DNA of 57,395 nt, the filler included, from Jimgerdemannia flammicorona (Eukaryota): NCBI GenBank assembly GCA_003990765.1. It is 2 parts of 2 records of this genome, joined end to end, with 100 filler letters (N's around TTAATTAATTAA, not from the genome) between each part and the next. Parts side by side here need not be neighbours in the genome. Positions count along the whole stretch, not along the records: positions 1 to 28,653 come from RBNJ01000546.1; 1 more part is not named here. One strand, given 5' to 3'. Of the stretch, positions 10,400 through 23,497 are shown one piece after another (within the stretch, counting starts at the first letter, position 1; each line of letters begins with the position of its first letter). A program made the translations under genes and the position numbers. The notes below the pieces were generated by a model. It did not search any database. It was not told where the DNA came from and saw nothing but the letters and a program-made list of their open reading frames with translations.

Positions 10400-12470
10400 A
10401 AATCCACTATGGAACTGAAAAATTACAGTATTATCAGAAGTATTTTGAAATAAAAACAAGGTGAGAAAATTGCTCCTTACATTTTTAAAATATCTGACAC
10501 CAAAGCTATTCAAGAATATTTGGATAAAGAAAGAATTATCACATTAATTCTAATAGAAGCATAAATGCCACTTACTAAGATATTTCTAGATGAAGTCAGG
10601 AATTAAATTCTAAAAAGCAAGAATTATCAGAAACTTCCCAAGAACTGAGAAAAAAAATGAAAATATTAAAAGAAAGTTTATAAAATCAGATAAACTATGT
10701 GTAAAATACATTATATAGTTATGATGACTGAATATAAAAAAGTAATTGAGTTTTTGAAAGTAGGCTATAGCTGTGGTTACTCTTCTAAAGTTCCCAAGAA
10801 AGCATTTGCCAAGATATGTAAGGCTTTTCAAGCTCTTTCTAAATCCAAATAAGATATTTTTTAGATGGTGCAGCTCAAGTCCATAGATGGTAGATTCATA
10901 AGTACTAGTTACTATCTCAAGAACAAGATTCAGGTCAATAAGAGAACTCTTTACTACTGAGATTACAATACATCTCTTTGCTAGAAAACCTATTTAAATA
11001 TGTTGAGAATTGATCATACTTATTTTAAAAATATATGAGATTATCTGCTAAAAAATAGTCTTTTATCACAGCTCTATGGTAATACCAAAAGAATGTCTCA
11101 GTGAAAACCTAAAATGGTGATCAATCAGAATGTTACTACTACTGTTAAGAATTTTCTTTTAAATTATACTAAAGTTTATGGGCTGCCTAGTCTAGTGAGA
11201 AATATTAATCACATAACTCAATTAATAATCTTTTTACTAGCAGAAATAAGCTTTAAATCTGTTTATTATGACTTTTTAGCTGGTCTGAAAGATAGTACTC
11301 TGCATATCCTAAAATATGATATCTTCCACAAATTGTAATATCAGCTAACTCTACATATTCAAATTATGAGTCCTCAAACTAATTTATGTAATATCTGTTA
11401 ATATTTGTAGAATGATTTATAATTTAAAGCTTATAAAGAAGAAGAGGCTTAAGACTTATTAAAGAGATATAAAGAGCATCTTGCCAAAGCCAAGCTAGAA
11501 TAAAATTATTATAACAGAAATATCAAATTGGTAGAAGAATAAAGAAAACTCATTAACCAGAATTATTCTATACTGAAAGGTGAGATATCATTCTGCATTA
11601 TTAATATAATTGCCCATTATAGTTATAACTGAGCCAAAAATATTCATGTGTCTCATTCCGATCAACAGATTGACAAAGTATATTACCTTAGTACTCATAA
11701 AGTGCATTTATTTAGAATCTAAGATAAAGTGGTCTATGAGCAAAATAATTATATTCTTGATGAGAATGAACTTCTTGGAAAGAGTCTGAATAGTATACTT
11801 AGCCTAGTCTTTAATGAAATTAAGCAATTGAACTGAGGTAAAGAGTACTTAAAAATCACTTATAATAATGTGAGCAGATAAAACAAGAACAATGCTACTC
11901 TTTAGTTTTATTTATATTTGATAATTTGCAGATATTATGAAAGTATTTAATTGAACTTCATGGTTCTGAGCCATACCAAATTTAAATATGATGATAGTTT
12001 TGGCTTAATTAAAAGACTTTATTACAAAACTATAGTAGACTATATGGATTATATTATCAATATAGTAAAAAGATCTAGCATTACTAGATTAAATAAAGCA
12101 TAGTATTATAATGGTAGGAATGGTTTTCAATACTTTAACATTGTGAGTAGCTTTAAAATATACTTCAAAAAGCTATCTGGTATACAAAAGTTTCAATATT
12201 TTCTTTTCACCAGAGTGAATCTAGATACTATCAAAGTATAAGAAATCACCAATGATCTATTCTAAAAATTCAAACTATTAAAAAGTAGTAAATTCAAAAC
12301 TTCAAAAGTTATAGAAATAATCAAGACCTTGTTATTTACAGTACTAGTACCTCCTCTTATACATAGAATTGAAATACCAGAAATATCTTTATCACAATAT
12401 TTGCCCCTTTGTCTAGGATAAATTCAAAGATATTACTTATCCAAAACCAATTTATACTATTAATGAATAA
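10400..12470 (+). pseudogene. Sola-like DDD transposase, heavily decayed, apparently intronless
   Basis: Read-through translation gives (H)GNTKRM, VKNFLLNY..YGLPS, NLCNIC, YNNVSR*NKN (decayed DNCxGQNKN), LNFMVLSHTKFKYDDSFGLIK (decayed GHTKFxxDxxFG), and ends DITYPKPIYTINE*. Confidence 0.7.
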
Positions 12471-12499
12471 AATATTTACTTCTTTACTTTTGATCAAGA

Positions 12500-13120
12500 T
12501 TACTTTTTAACTTTGATTTGAGTTGTAAATTGGCTATTTTGTTGCTTTAATTAGGCTTTTAACTTGTTAATTTCCTTGACTAATTCTTGAGGAGTTAGCT
12601 TTTTTAATCTTGCTACTTTGACTTCTAACTCCTTTATTTTATCTAATAAGTCTTACTTATGTCTTTTATGCCAGTCTTTGGCAACCCCCAAGACTTTGAG
12701 ATGAGTATCTGCTTCTACTGCTAATTGATCTTTTTCCTCTCATAAAGCATTTATCTGTCTTTCATAAAATGCTAATTGACTTATCTCTTTATTAGATAAA
12801 AGTGGAAGTTCTTTTTCCTCTGTGTTTTCATTATATCTAATACAATAGCAAATATATTTATTACTCTGAAAGTCAAAATTCAGTTTAGTTTTTAATCTTC
12901 TACATCTTTCACATTTGAGTAATTTACTATTTCAAAACTTTTCTTTATAGTTTTCACATGTATAGTCATTTTCAATTATTTCACCAGCTACTTTACTATA
13001 AGTTCTAATTTGACAGACAGATTGATTTTTACTGTTTTTAAATTGAGAGCAAAAATCACAATTACTCTCTCTATTCCACTCTTCCAATTCCAAGATTGCA
13101 TAAATTAACTCTATTACTAT
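12500..13120 (-). pseudogene. Cys-rich, coiled-coil protein resembling Mollicutes-related endobacteria (MRE) hypothetical proteins
   Basis: IYAILELEEWNRESNCDFCSQF...KCERCRRL...ICYCI...FYERQINAL*EEK...LLDKIKELEVKVARLKKLTPQELVKEINKLKA*LKQQNSQFTTQIKVKK*; single frame, no introns. Confidence 0.6.
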
Positions 13121-13122
13121 TA

Positions 13123-14135
13123 CTTAGTCTTAACTTCTATCCAAGTAACCATTTCTTGAGTTTGAGACTTAACTTTTTCTGATAATTGTGAAAATTTATT
13201 TTTTATTTTTGTTTCTAATATCTTAAACTTGCTTGATATTTTAAGTAAAGCTTTTTTGAATAAATATAATTGTCTTTATAAGTCCTCTTTTTCTACCTTT
13301 TGAGTTTTGTTTTTTTCATACTCTTTTGCTAATAATTTTTTTTTGCTCATATAATTCTACTTGAAGTTTCTTAATCTTAGCTTCCTGAATAGCATTTTTC
13401 TCATATTCTTTTTTCAACAATTTTGACTTATCTCTAATTTCCTCTTTTAAAGATGCTTCCTTTTTATTATTCCATTCCTTGCTAATTTCAGTCAAAGAGA
13501 TAAAGTGAGTTTTGGTATCTACTTCTCATTTCTCAATAATTCTCATAATAATTTTATTGAGTTTATCTAATTCTCCATTTTTGATTTTCTCTAATAATTC
13601 TTATGGTTCTCCCTCTGACCAATAAGCTCTTTTATTTTCTATATCCTCTTCTATTAATTCAGAATAATCTAATAAAAGTTTCTTAATAGTTTTCTTAAAA
13701 CTTTCATATTCATTTTTAACTTTTGCAGTTCATTCAGTAATATATATCTTTTACCATATCTTTCAAGAAAATATTATGGAGGTTATATTTATTTCTGAAT
13801 TCTTCTCTTCAACCTTTTTCAAATGGTTCCTTTTTTATCTTATTCTCTTCTAATTATTTTTCAATAATTTTCTTACTTTCCTCTGAATCTAAACTTTATA
13901 AAGTAGAGAAAATATCTTTTTTAGCATCATTTATTTCATTATAGTGTTTAAATCAATCATCATAATATTCAATATAATCATAAAGTAAGTAAATATATCC
14001 TTACTGAGAACTTTCAGCAGGATAGTTCTTATAAAGTTTTGGTCAGTATTCTTTATTATTATCAATTTGAGTGATTTTATCAACTCTTGCTAGGTCAGGA
14101 TTATGAGTAATATATCCATCTGCTAAATATTTAGT
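13123..14135 (-). pseudogene. one or two further K/E-rich intronless ORFs, co-oriented and abutting, MRE-like
   Basis: The downstream one ends ...KNKFSQLSEKVKSQTQEMVTWIEVKTK* immediately before the next ORF; several TGA codons fall in Trp-like contexts. Confidence 0.5.
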
Positions 14136-15197
14136 TTCTTCCTTTATTATGCCCACCTATCCTATATAAGTACAGTGAACCCACCCCCTATCCAACCCCC
14201 CTAGGAGAGTCTCTCTCCCCTATCTCTTTTCAATGAAACACTACTCTATCGAATATAATACCCACCCTCCCACCACTCTGTTCACCTATAGAACCTCTAA
14301 CACCTCCTCCAAAGACACTCTGCTTAATACTATAGCTCCTATTGCTGGTAATGGCACCACTGGCCAGTTACATACAAGAGGCACCTCTATAACATCCCCT
14401 ACTCCAACACCCCCTCCCATATCATCATCATTCCAGAGAGTCTGCCATTGTCCCGAAATCTCCTCCAATATATCTGTCATACTGATAACCTCAATACCAT
14501 CTTCTCGCAAGACCGATAACTAGCTGTGTCAAACATTTCTCACCTTCAAGACACCAGATAAGTACTTTGTCAGTCATTCACCCTCTTCCAGTTGTCTAGC
14601 CCTCAGGCATGCCAGGAGCCCATCCACTACTCTATCCTCAGCCTCCCTCAAAGATGTCTGTAAGTCGACTATCTCTCTAGTGAGTTGACACTTCTTCTCT
14701 TCTGTCAGTAAACCATTCTCCAATAACTTCAGTCACTACCACAGACCTCTTTCAACTCCCCTTTCCTTGTCCTTTTGCTCCTTTCCTGCTACCTCCCCAG
14801 TATCTCTCCAATATGTACCAGCTAAGTGTTTGAATCTGCTCCACCAATCAGCAATAGATAGACCACCAGCCACCAACTGCTCTACTTCCCATCGGGCTAA
14901 GTACAAAAATTGTTCTCACTCCACCAGATGCCGAAGCAGAGCCACATTAAGACACCAATGCCCACCTCCCCCATTAATAGCCTGGAATCTTCCACTCACC
15001 TCAACTCCCCAATGGTCTGATCATGGGCACCACTATACCCCAACTGTATTGAAAACATTACCACAGTATTCAGCTACCAGCACACAATCAATCCATATGC
15101 CAACCATCCCATTGTCTATAGAATGTCACCTAGTAAAGGAGCCTGACTCATCTCCCACCCTCAATCATATACCATCTACCAATCCCATGCCCTTTTC
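14135..15197 (-). mobile_element. 3' part of LINE copy C (EN C-terminus, part of the linker, 3' UTR; RT internally deleted)
   Basis: WIDCVL and P*SDHWG endonuclease motifs; 3' UTR GGGTTCACTGTACTTATATAGG...AATAAAGGAAGA matches copy B. Confidence 0.8.
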
Positions 15198-18100
15198 ACC
15201 TTTCACCAGTAACATTCAGATGACACAAGACTCAGGCAATACTTTTGACAACATTTTTGGGGAAAGGTGACTAGCAACATAGAAAGCAATGAACATACAG
15301 GTGAACATACTAGGTCGGGTGGACCTAGGGCCTTTGATTGGCAGCAGGTGGGGAGGGGTTATGGCCTGGGGATGGGGGCCTTCAGAGGGCCAAAGAGTGG
15401 AGAAGGCTCTGGAGAGAGACCAGTATCTAGTAGTAATGGGGGAAGATCTGATCTCCTGAGCTTCGCAGACAAGGTTAAGGGGAGTGGGTGGCTGGCTGGT
15501 ACTAGGGCTGGTGTTACTGAGGGGAAGGGCAAGGCAAGCCTTGGGAGGGGGGGTGGTGCTCCAGCTGAGAGTATAGGTATAGGGGCTGGAGGTGCTGTGG
15601 CTGAGAGTGTAACTGTTGATGGGAGTATGACAGGAAATCAGGAAAAAAAAGGAGATATGATGGCTGATGGCCAGGTGGGGCAGGGGTTCCCAATGTGGAA
15701 GGGGAATCTGGCAGATGGTGTAATGGGGCTGGTGGTGACCCCATTGCTCAAGAAGTCGATCTCAGAGTTCGTGGTGACCTTGTGCTTCCAGGGCTTAGCA
15801 GTGATGGCAAGGATGGTTCTGGGGCTTGTTTCAAAGCAGGTGGCTGGAGTGGCCTCAGTGAAGTTCTTAAAGGGTCTGGAGGGGGTCGAGGTGGGCTTTG
15901 AGGAGGCAGGCCCACTGGATGAGGCACTGAAGACTGAAGTCATGGTTGGGGAGGTGGTGGTCCCCATGGTGCAGTGCTTGTGATGGAACCCCAGGGTGGT
16001 GCAGCTTCTAGTGAAGGGGGTGCTCATGGTGACTAAGGAGGAGACTAGGAAGAGGGTGGAGGAGATGATGATTGAGTATGGTGATGTGGTGGACATTGGC
16101 TTTCAGGTGTGGGAGGGGACAATGATCAGGACAGGTGACATTGATATCAGGATTCGGCTGGCAGGCAAGGAGGCCATAGAGAAGGCAAGTGACTGGCCTT
16201 CTGTACTGATGTGGGGGATGTTCATCTGTAAGGTATCAAGGGTGAAGGGGAGTGAGGAGGAGGAGGAGGACTTGTTGGAGGCACTGAAGAAGATGAGTGG
16301 AGCTGTGGAGAGAAGGGCAAGAGCCTAGAAGATATATGAGGAGTCGACACATCTGGAGGTTGTGGATGAGAAATGCATCCATACTGACAGAAAGCAGTAG
16401 GAGTGGGCACAGGGGCACAGGAGGCAGAGAGAGCTACTTGTGAGTATGAAAGTAGAGGCAAAGCAGAAGGTAGTGAGAGCTGAAGGGTCTGGGGGTGTCG
16501 AAGCCAGTGTTTGGGTGAGTAAAGGGGTTGGGGAGGTGGAGGCAGGCAAGGAAGGGGCTGAAAAGATACTGAGCAAGAACTCCTATACTGATGGCACTTT
16601 CAAGGTCTGGAAGCCAGAGCTGGATACAACCCCCCCCCCTCTTATCAGGAGGGGCCCAGCTGGAAAGAGACAGACAACAGAGGATGTACCGATGAAGGGG
16701 GCCCAGCAAGTGCACTTTGGGGTCCCTGATGTGAAAAAAGGAAGTCAGGTGGTAGCAGTTGGCGAGGATGAGCTGGAGGATGTCTCTGAGGAGGAGTGGG
16801 ATGAGACTGCCAGTGTAGGGGCTGATACCACAATGTTGAACATAGGACGGCTGGGGACTCTGGGAGGGAAGGAGGTGGGGAACTTGCTGTGGATGAGCAA
16901 GGTGATGGATAACCTCTTGGCTGAGACTTTGGGAGAAGTGGACCTGTGGGTAATGCCTGAGGAGCATTGGGCACAGATTTGCATAGCAAGAGAGTGGTGG
17001 AGGCACTGAAGGGGGAGATTCTTTCGATTTTCCTGGAGGAGGAGGGATATTAGGTCGATGAGGTGAGGAGGGCCAAGCTGGCAGTGGTTGCTGGTGAGCA
17101 GGTGGCATACTGTTAGGCAGAGTGGCATGGTTTGTGGTTCTGGCAGGAGGCCTGTCAGGAATATTATGAGGACTTTGAGGAGCAAGAAGATGGAGCAATG
17201 GTGGAACTTCTGGGAGAGTTGGAGGCACAGGAAGCTGGTGAAAGGGAACTAGCTACTGATCATGACTTGGATTTGTTGCAGGAGGAGCGAGATGTGGAAT
17301 TGTAGAGGGTGGGTTCATGATACAATTTTTTTTTTTCTCTTATAAACAGTACAGCCAACATTTTCTCTTTGAATGTAAATGGGCTAAGGGGATCTGAGCA
17401 GCATAAGAATATTTTTAATTGGCTCAAGAGATTGGAGGCCAATCTCTTTTTACTGCAGGATGTTTGGTGTGAGGATGAGGACAATTGGGTTGATTAGACT
17501 AGGGAATGGGGTAGAGCTACTGCTTGGTTTGGAAAAGTGGTGATTCTGGTGAGAAAGGGTAGAGGAGACTTGGGGGGTATTGGGAGCTGGGGTGATCGCT
17601 TGGTCTGGTGAGATTGACATCAACCAGGGTGGGAGATAGTGAGGGTTGGCTCTTGCTACTACTCTGTGGTTAGGGGGGAGAGGATTGTATGGATTAAGGA
17701 GCTGCTGGAGGAGGGTATTCTCTTGGCAGAAGGGGTTGATGTGCTTGGGGGGGACTTTAATATAGTTTGGGATCAGTATCTGGACCGAACTGATGGTGGG
17801 AGGAGTTCAGGAGGGAGAAGTGGAGGCCTGGATACATGGGAGGAGGTGGAGAGGCTGAGCTCCTTAGGAGATATGGGCAGAACATGATGGGACAACTCCA
17901 GGGTCTACATGCATTGGGTGAATGGCTTAGGTACAAGGATTGACTGGATTCTGACAGCAGAATGCTGGGGGTCAGATGTCTGGAAGGTATTAGAGGTGGA
18001 ATGGCACCCATGGTCTGATCACTGGAGACTGTTGGGACAGGGGCAGTTTGAGGGGAGTGGAGATGGACCCAGACATTGGCACCTTAACTCCTCCCTGCTG

Positions 18101-21095
18101 GCTGAGAAGGGGTTGTGGGATTCATGGGTAGAGGACATTCAGGCAAAAGTTTCTTACTGGAGGTGTGAGGGTTTGTCAGTGGGTGTCCATTGGATGAGAT
18201 TGAAAGAGGCTATAAGGATCTATTGGGGAGGGGCTGGGAGAGAAGCTGAGAGATGGAGGAGGAAGTGCATGAGGTGTGCTTCCAATAGGCTGAGGAGATT
18301 GCAAATGGATTGGGCAGGTTGGCTTACTTCTGATGTGGTGGAGGATTGGAGGTTAGCATGGAATAAATTGGAGATAATGAAACTGCAACAGGTGTTGAGA
18401 GAAGAGGAGGAGGTGCATATGTGAGGTATGGCTGCTAGGCTAAGGTGGCAGGGGCTTGAGGAGAGTGAGCAGCCTACTAGATATTTATCCCATCTGCTCA
18501 AAGCTAGGAGGGTGAGACATCAGTAGGATGGAGTCCTAGATGCCGATGGAGATATGGTATATGGCATGCAATAAATCTTAGAGATTTTGAAAGAGAGATG
18601 GTAGGGTTTGTGGAGTGAGGAAGAAGGGGGTGCTGATGAGACAGCTATTGAAGATACATTAGGGGAATGGAGGCCACTACATATGGCTAGACTGGATTAC
18701 TTGGCCTTGCTGGTGTGAGGTGAGGAGGTCCAGAGTATCCTTGTGGCAACCAAAACTAGAATAGCACCAGGGGAGGATTGACTGCCATGGGACTTCTGGT
18801 AGAATATGGTTAAGATCTCCAGCATTTTGGGTGAGATGACTGCTCTCTGTGATCATGTTCTTCAGAGTGGTGAGTGGGTTAGAGAGCAGGACCTCAGGCT
18901 GGTAGCTTTATTGTACAAAGACAAGTAGAGGAGAGAAGACTGGAAGAACTGGCAACCAATCATGCTTTTGGATATAGACAGAAAGATGGTGACTAAGGTA
19001 GTTGTTGCAAGGCTGCAGAAGGTTGCCCAACAGGTGCTAGGGGAGGAGCAGCAGGGCTTTTTTAGAGGTAGACTTATAAGAGATGGGACTGTATGGGTGC
19101 ATGGTGTCATTGAAGGGGCCTGGGCTTGTGGCCTGGATGGAAGGTTGGTCTTCTTGAACCAGGAGAAGGCCTATGACTGGGTCCGGTGGGTTTGGCTGGG
19201 CAAGGTATTGGATCATATTAGTATTTCTCCAGGATTTTGGGCTTCTATGTTGAGTCTGCTAAAGGGCAGTCAGGTGGTGCTAATGTGTAATGGTCACCAT
19301 GGTCTGGCATTTACCTTGAGAAGAGGGGTTCCTCAGGGAGACCCCCTGTCCCCTATTCTTTATGCCCTCTCATTGGAACTATTGATGGATAGGATTTGCC
19401 AGAAGGTGGTAGGACTCTCTATCTATGGCATAGTGTGGAAGGTGGGAGCCTTTGCAGATGATATGGTGGTTGGCCTTAGGTCTGTGGCAGATGTCGAGGC
19501 ACTTAAGGAGATTGTGGAATAGTATGAGGATCACTTTTGGGCAAAGCTCAACTGGCATAAGTGTGAGACTATGATGCTAGAGAATGGGCTGGTGGGTGGG
19601 GACATCATTGGAACAATTGTCCCTACTGGTGAGGTGATATGGTATCTGGGCATCTTTCTCTCTATATATGGCTCTGTCTTGCCACGAGTGTGGTGGGAGA
19701 GCAGGGTGACTGTTTGGGGGGAGGCCCTTCGAGGTTGGGGAGGCTGCCATATCTCTCTAGTAGGGCAGGTATCAATTCTGAATATATACTGGTTCCCTAA
19801 GCTAAGGTATGTGGCCTATCACCTAGACTTTCCAGCTTGGGTGGTGAAGAGGCTGACAAAGGTAGCTAGAGATAGGATTTGGGTAGGGAGGAGGTCCCAG
19901 ATCAGTTGGGATACTCTAGCGACACTGGTGGTCCAGGGAGGTCTTAGCCTTGTGGATTTCTCTAAGAGGTTACACTGCTTGCAAGTCTGGTGGTTGAAGA
20001 GAGTGGCTGAACTGCAAGGAGGGGGTTGGGTGCCTCTGCTGCAGAAGGTGTGGGAGATGAGAACCTCCCCCCAAGGGTCCTCAGGAGATCTACTCTCTTT
20101 GGTAGGGCTCAATGGAATTCAGAGGCTGTGGTTTAAGGGCTTTTGGTGGGGAGTGGTCGATGGAGCATACAGAATTGGTCTGTACTGGCAAGGCAATGAG
20201 GGAGAGGTAATGTGAGGACCTAGTATGTGGCGATGGGATAGACTGCTACTGGGAGGTGCTCCACTTGCTGCTTTTGATATTGGAGATGGAGTGGAGTGTC
20301 AGCAGGGTCTTGGCCAGGATCTTTAGCTGAGCAGTTGGCAGGCAGTCAGGATTGGTGAGAAGTGAGACTGGGCAGGTATCTGGTCTTGGAGTGCTGAGAT
20401 ATGGCTGTGGCTTCCCCCCAAGTTCTGGGTGGTGTAGTGGCAAATACTGTAGAGGAATATCATGCTGAATTTCTACACCAGGCATCTGGTGGATGGTGGC
20501 TGTTTTGATTGTGAGGAGTGTTACAATGTAGGACAAGCTGGGGGTTTGGTGCAGACACCAGAACATTGGCTGGGAGAGTGTGAGGTTTTGGGGAACTTTT
20601 GAGTTGAAATAGGGAATAGACTGGGTATGGAGCACAGGCCGGTAGGTGAGGGGGATCACTGAGAGGACTTGAGATCTCAGCTAGTGGGGGGGGTAGGTGA
20701 TAGTTGGCTCACTGTTGGGTGGGTGTTAGCAGTTTGGGTGGGATTAGTGGGACATTGGCTATTTGTATTTGAGGAGGGGTGGCAGATGAGACTGCAGAAG
20801 AAGGTTTTAAGGTGGGAGGAGCTGTTGGGGGATCTGATGACTGGATGGTAGATAGGTTGGAGTCCTTCAGGAGGGTAATGGTGAGGTTTGGTGGTGAGGA
20901 TATGCAAACAGAGTGGTGGGAGGGTGGGGATTGTTTTTGATAGAGTGGTGTTTCATTGAGAAGGGGTAGGGGAGAGGGGCCCCCCTAGGGGGATTGGATA
21001 GGGGGAGGGTTCACTGTACTTATATGGGATAGAGGGGTGTAATAAAGGAAGAGTCCAAGTGACTATAAAAAACAAAAAAAAAAAAAAAAAAAAAA
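15198..21095 (+). mobile_element. L1/Tx1-type LINE, copy B, full length with poly(A) and TSD
   Basis: ORF1 ~15267-17305; ORF2 ~17320-21000 with EN and RT motifs (GVPQGDPLSP, FADD); AATAAA then poly(A) 21067-21095; TSD tcccatgcccttttc (15183-15197) / tccaatacccttttc (21096-21110). Confidence 0.95.
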
Positions 21096-23497
21096 TCCAA
21101 TACCCTTTTCTACCTAAAGCCACTGATACAGCCCTGGAGAAACTGCTACACCAGCCCCACCATCAGACTGACCTAGTGCATGGTCTCTAACCATATTAAA
21201 ATCACCCCCCAAAATGTCTAACCCTAGAGCTGCCTAATCCTCCCAAGCCAGCCACTCCTCCACTCATTGCTTTCACTCTCTGCCAACTGCTGGCAGATAC
21301 ATAGAGCCCACCAAGAGTCTATCTCCTTTTCCTCCCTTCAGTCTACCCCACACCAGTCAATCACCAAACCTTTCCACATCCACTAACTCCCCCTTTCCAA
21401 CCCCAACCAGAATACTAACTTGCTTACTCCAACCAGTATCTCTGAACTATTCCTTACTCTACAATTTATATTCCTCCTCACCATAGGCCCAAATATCTTG
21501 AAGAAACACTACATCATACCCCCAGACTTTCAACCATTGAAATAGACACTGCTGCTTCATACTATCTCGCAAACCATTGATGTTGATTGACAGAATTTGT
21601 AGGTTATACTTCATTACAGAAAATTTGGAGTTTAGATATCAGCTGCCACTGCTGCCATCTTCTCAGCTTGGCTCTTAATAATGTCTCGATGCTTCTCACA
21701 GACTGCTCACCAAATCCTCTCGCCATTGTTACTGCCATAGAAGAGGTCTACTTGCTTGGATGCCACCTTATAAATATCTGTCATTTGGTCATCATCCATC
21801 TCATACCCTTCATCCTCCAGAAGGGCTGTGATCATTGCAGTCACCAGCTTCAATCCCTGTAATGCCACCTTGAGAAATTCTTCCCATGCCTCCAGGGAGC
21901 CCTGAAATACATCTACTTCCTTAATGTCATCTGCTGCCAGTTCCTCCAGAACTGCCTGGAACCAGCCATCTGCCACCATCGCCAATGGCCCTGGCGTCAC
22001 AGGCCTAGGAGTCCTGCAGAGCTTCTGAAACAATTCCCTGTCCACAAATATATTCAAAGCAACATCTACCAGCTCATCCTCTTCAGAGACCTTATCTAAT
22101 CTCACCACCTCCCCTGCTTCTGGATATTCCCAGTGCACATTCACTGACCTAGCCATCACTGTGTCTTCCATCTGAGTTTCTGGAACCACCTCAACATTTT
22201 CTTCAAAGCCCACTCCTCACTCTTCCTCACCATCTGCCCACTTCCCTGTCACTGGTGCATGCACAGATTCTCCCACTCCCCCCAGCTGTAAGAAGGACAC
22301 CTCAGCCACCTCTACTCCTTCCATTCAATTCCTGTCAGACACTACCCTTTCAACCTCCTCTGCAGATGCTTGCAACACTGCCTGCAGTTATTCCCAGTTT
22401 GTCTTATACCAATGCTTCCTCTTGCCATCCATCTCAATCCAGATCCAATCTTTTACAAATTTCTCCCATTTTCTTTTCTGCAAAGCCTTCACCTCATCAT
22501 ACTCCTCAAGAGCTATCAGCAGCTCCTCCTCTTCCTGCTCAGAGCCTTTCCTCCTCCAGACCCAATAGTCCTGCTCTCCAACACAAATGACCTCTGGCCA
22601 GTCTCGCCCCAGACCTGTTGCCTCCTTCCCCTCCAGCTACACCATTGTCTCACAATTGCCATTCCTCAACTTTGTGCCCTCCCAAAACATAAATCCAAAA
22701 TCCACCATCTCTCCAAAGCTTTCCAGAGCCTTGGCAATCACCATCTTAGTCTCCTGCCTGCTCAGCATTGGCAATCCTTTTACCACCAATCTCACTGCAT
22801 GTGGGTCCCATCTCAGGCATCTTGCCATCCCCACCTTAACATTCTTGACCATCAGCCCCTTCTCCAAGGCCTTCATCATAGCCTCCTCCTCCACAAATCT
22901 GACCTCCACTGCCTCTGCCAAGGGGATAAATCTCAGTGACTCAGCCCCTGCAACCTCCTCACCCACCAGCCATAGAACTTCCTTGGCTGACAGACCAAGG
23001 CCCAGGAAATTGATGGAGACTGCCCACATCAATACTGATTTATGGAAGAATGGTTGTACTACCAGCTCTCCAGTTTCTGCTGTCAGAGTTGCCTTGTTCT
23101 TGCTGCTGGACATGCCCACTACTACCTCGCCAGGAGCTACTATGCCACCAGCAGTTCTACCCCCAGCCACTGGCCCAGCCCCAGGAAAGCCAGTCCCAGT
23201 CATCACACCCCAAGACTCCTAACCCCTGCTGGGTCCCTGGCCAGTCAGCTGACCAGTCACCTGATGTCCACTCCTGTCAACACTATGCCCCTGCTGCCCC
23301 CCAACTATAGGCCTAGAGGCTGCCTACTTACTCTCCATCACTGTGTGCCAACCATCCAGTCCTGCTGTAGGTCCTTGACCTCTAGCCTGCCCTCCAGCTC
23401 AACCTTGACCAGCAGCTGCTGCAAAACTCTTGGGGAGGCCCAGGCCAGGCCTCCTCCTCTCTAGGCACTCCGAGCTTGATGAGTCTTGGGTCACCAT
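21096..23497 (-). mobile_element. 5' part of LINE copy C (ORF1 and EN N-terminus), a divergent subfamily
   Basis: ORF1 homologous to copies A/B (RCLRWDP..VRLVVKGLP, GEMVDFGF..WEGT); GGDFNMV motif; frame continues across the copy B insertion. Confidence 0.88.
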
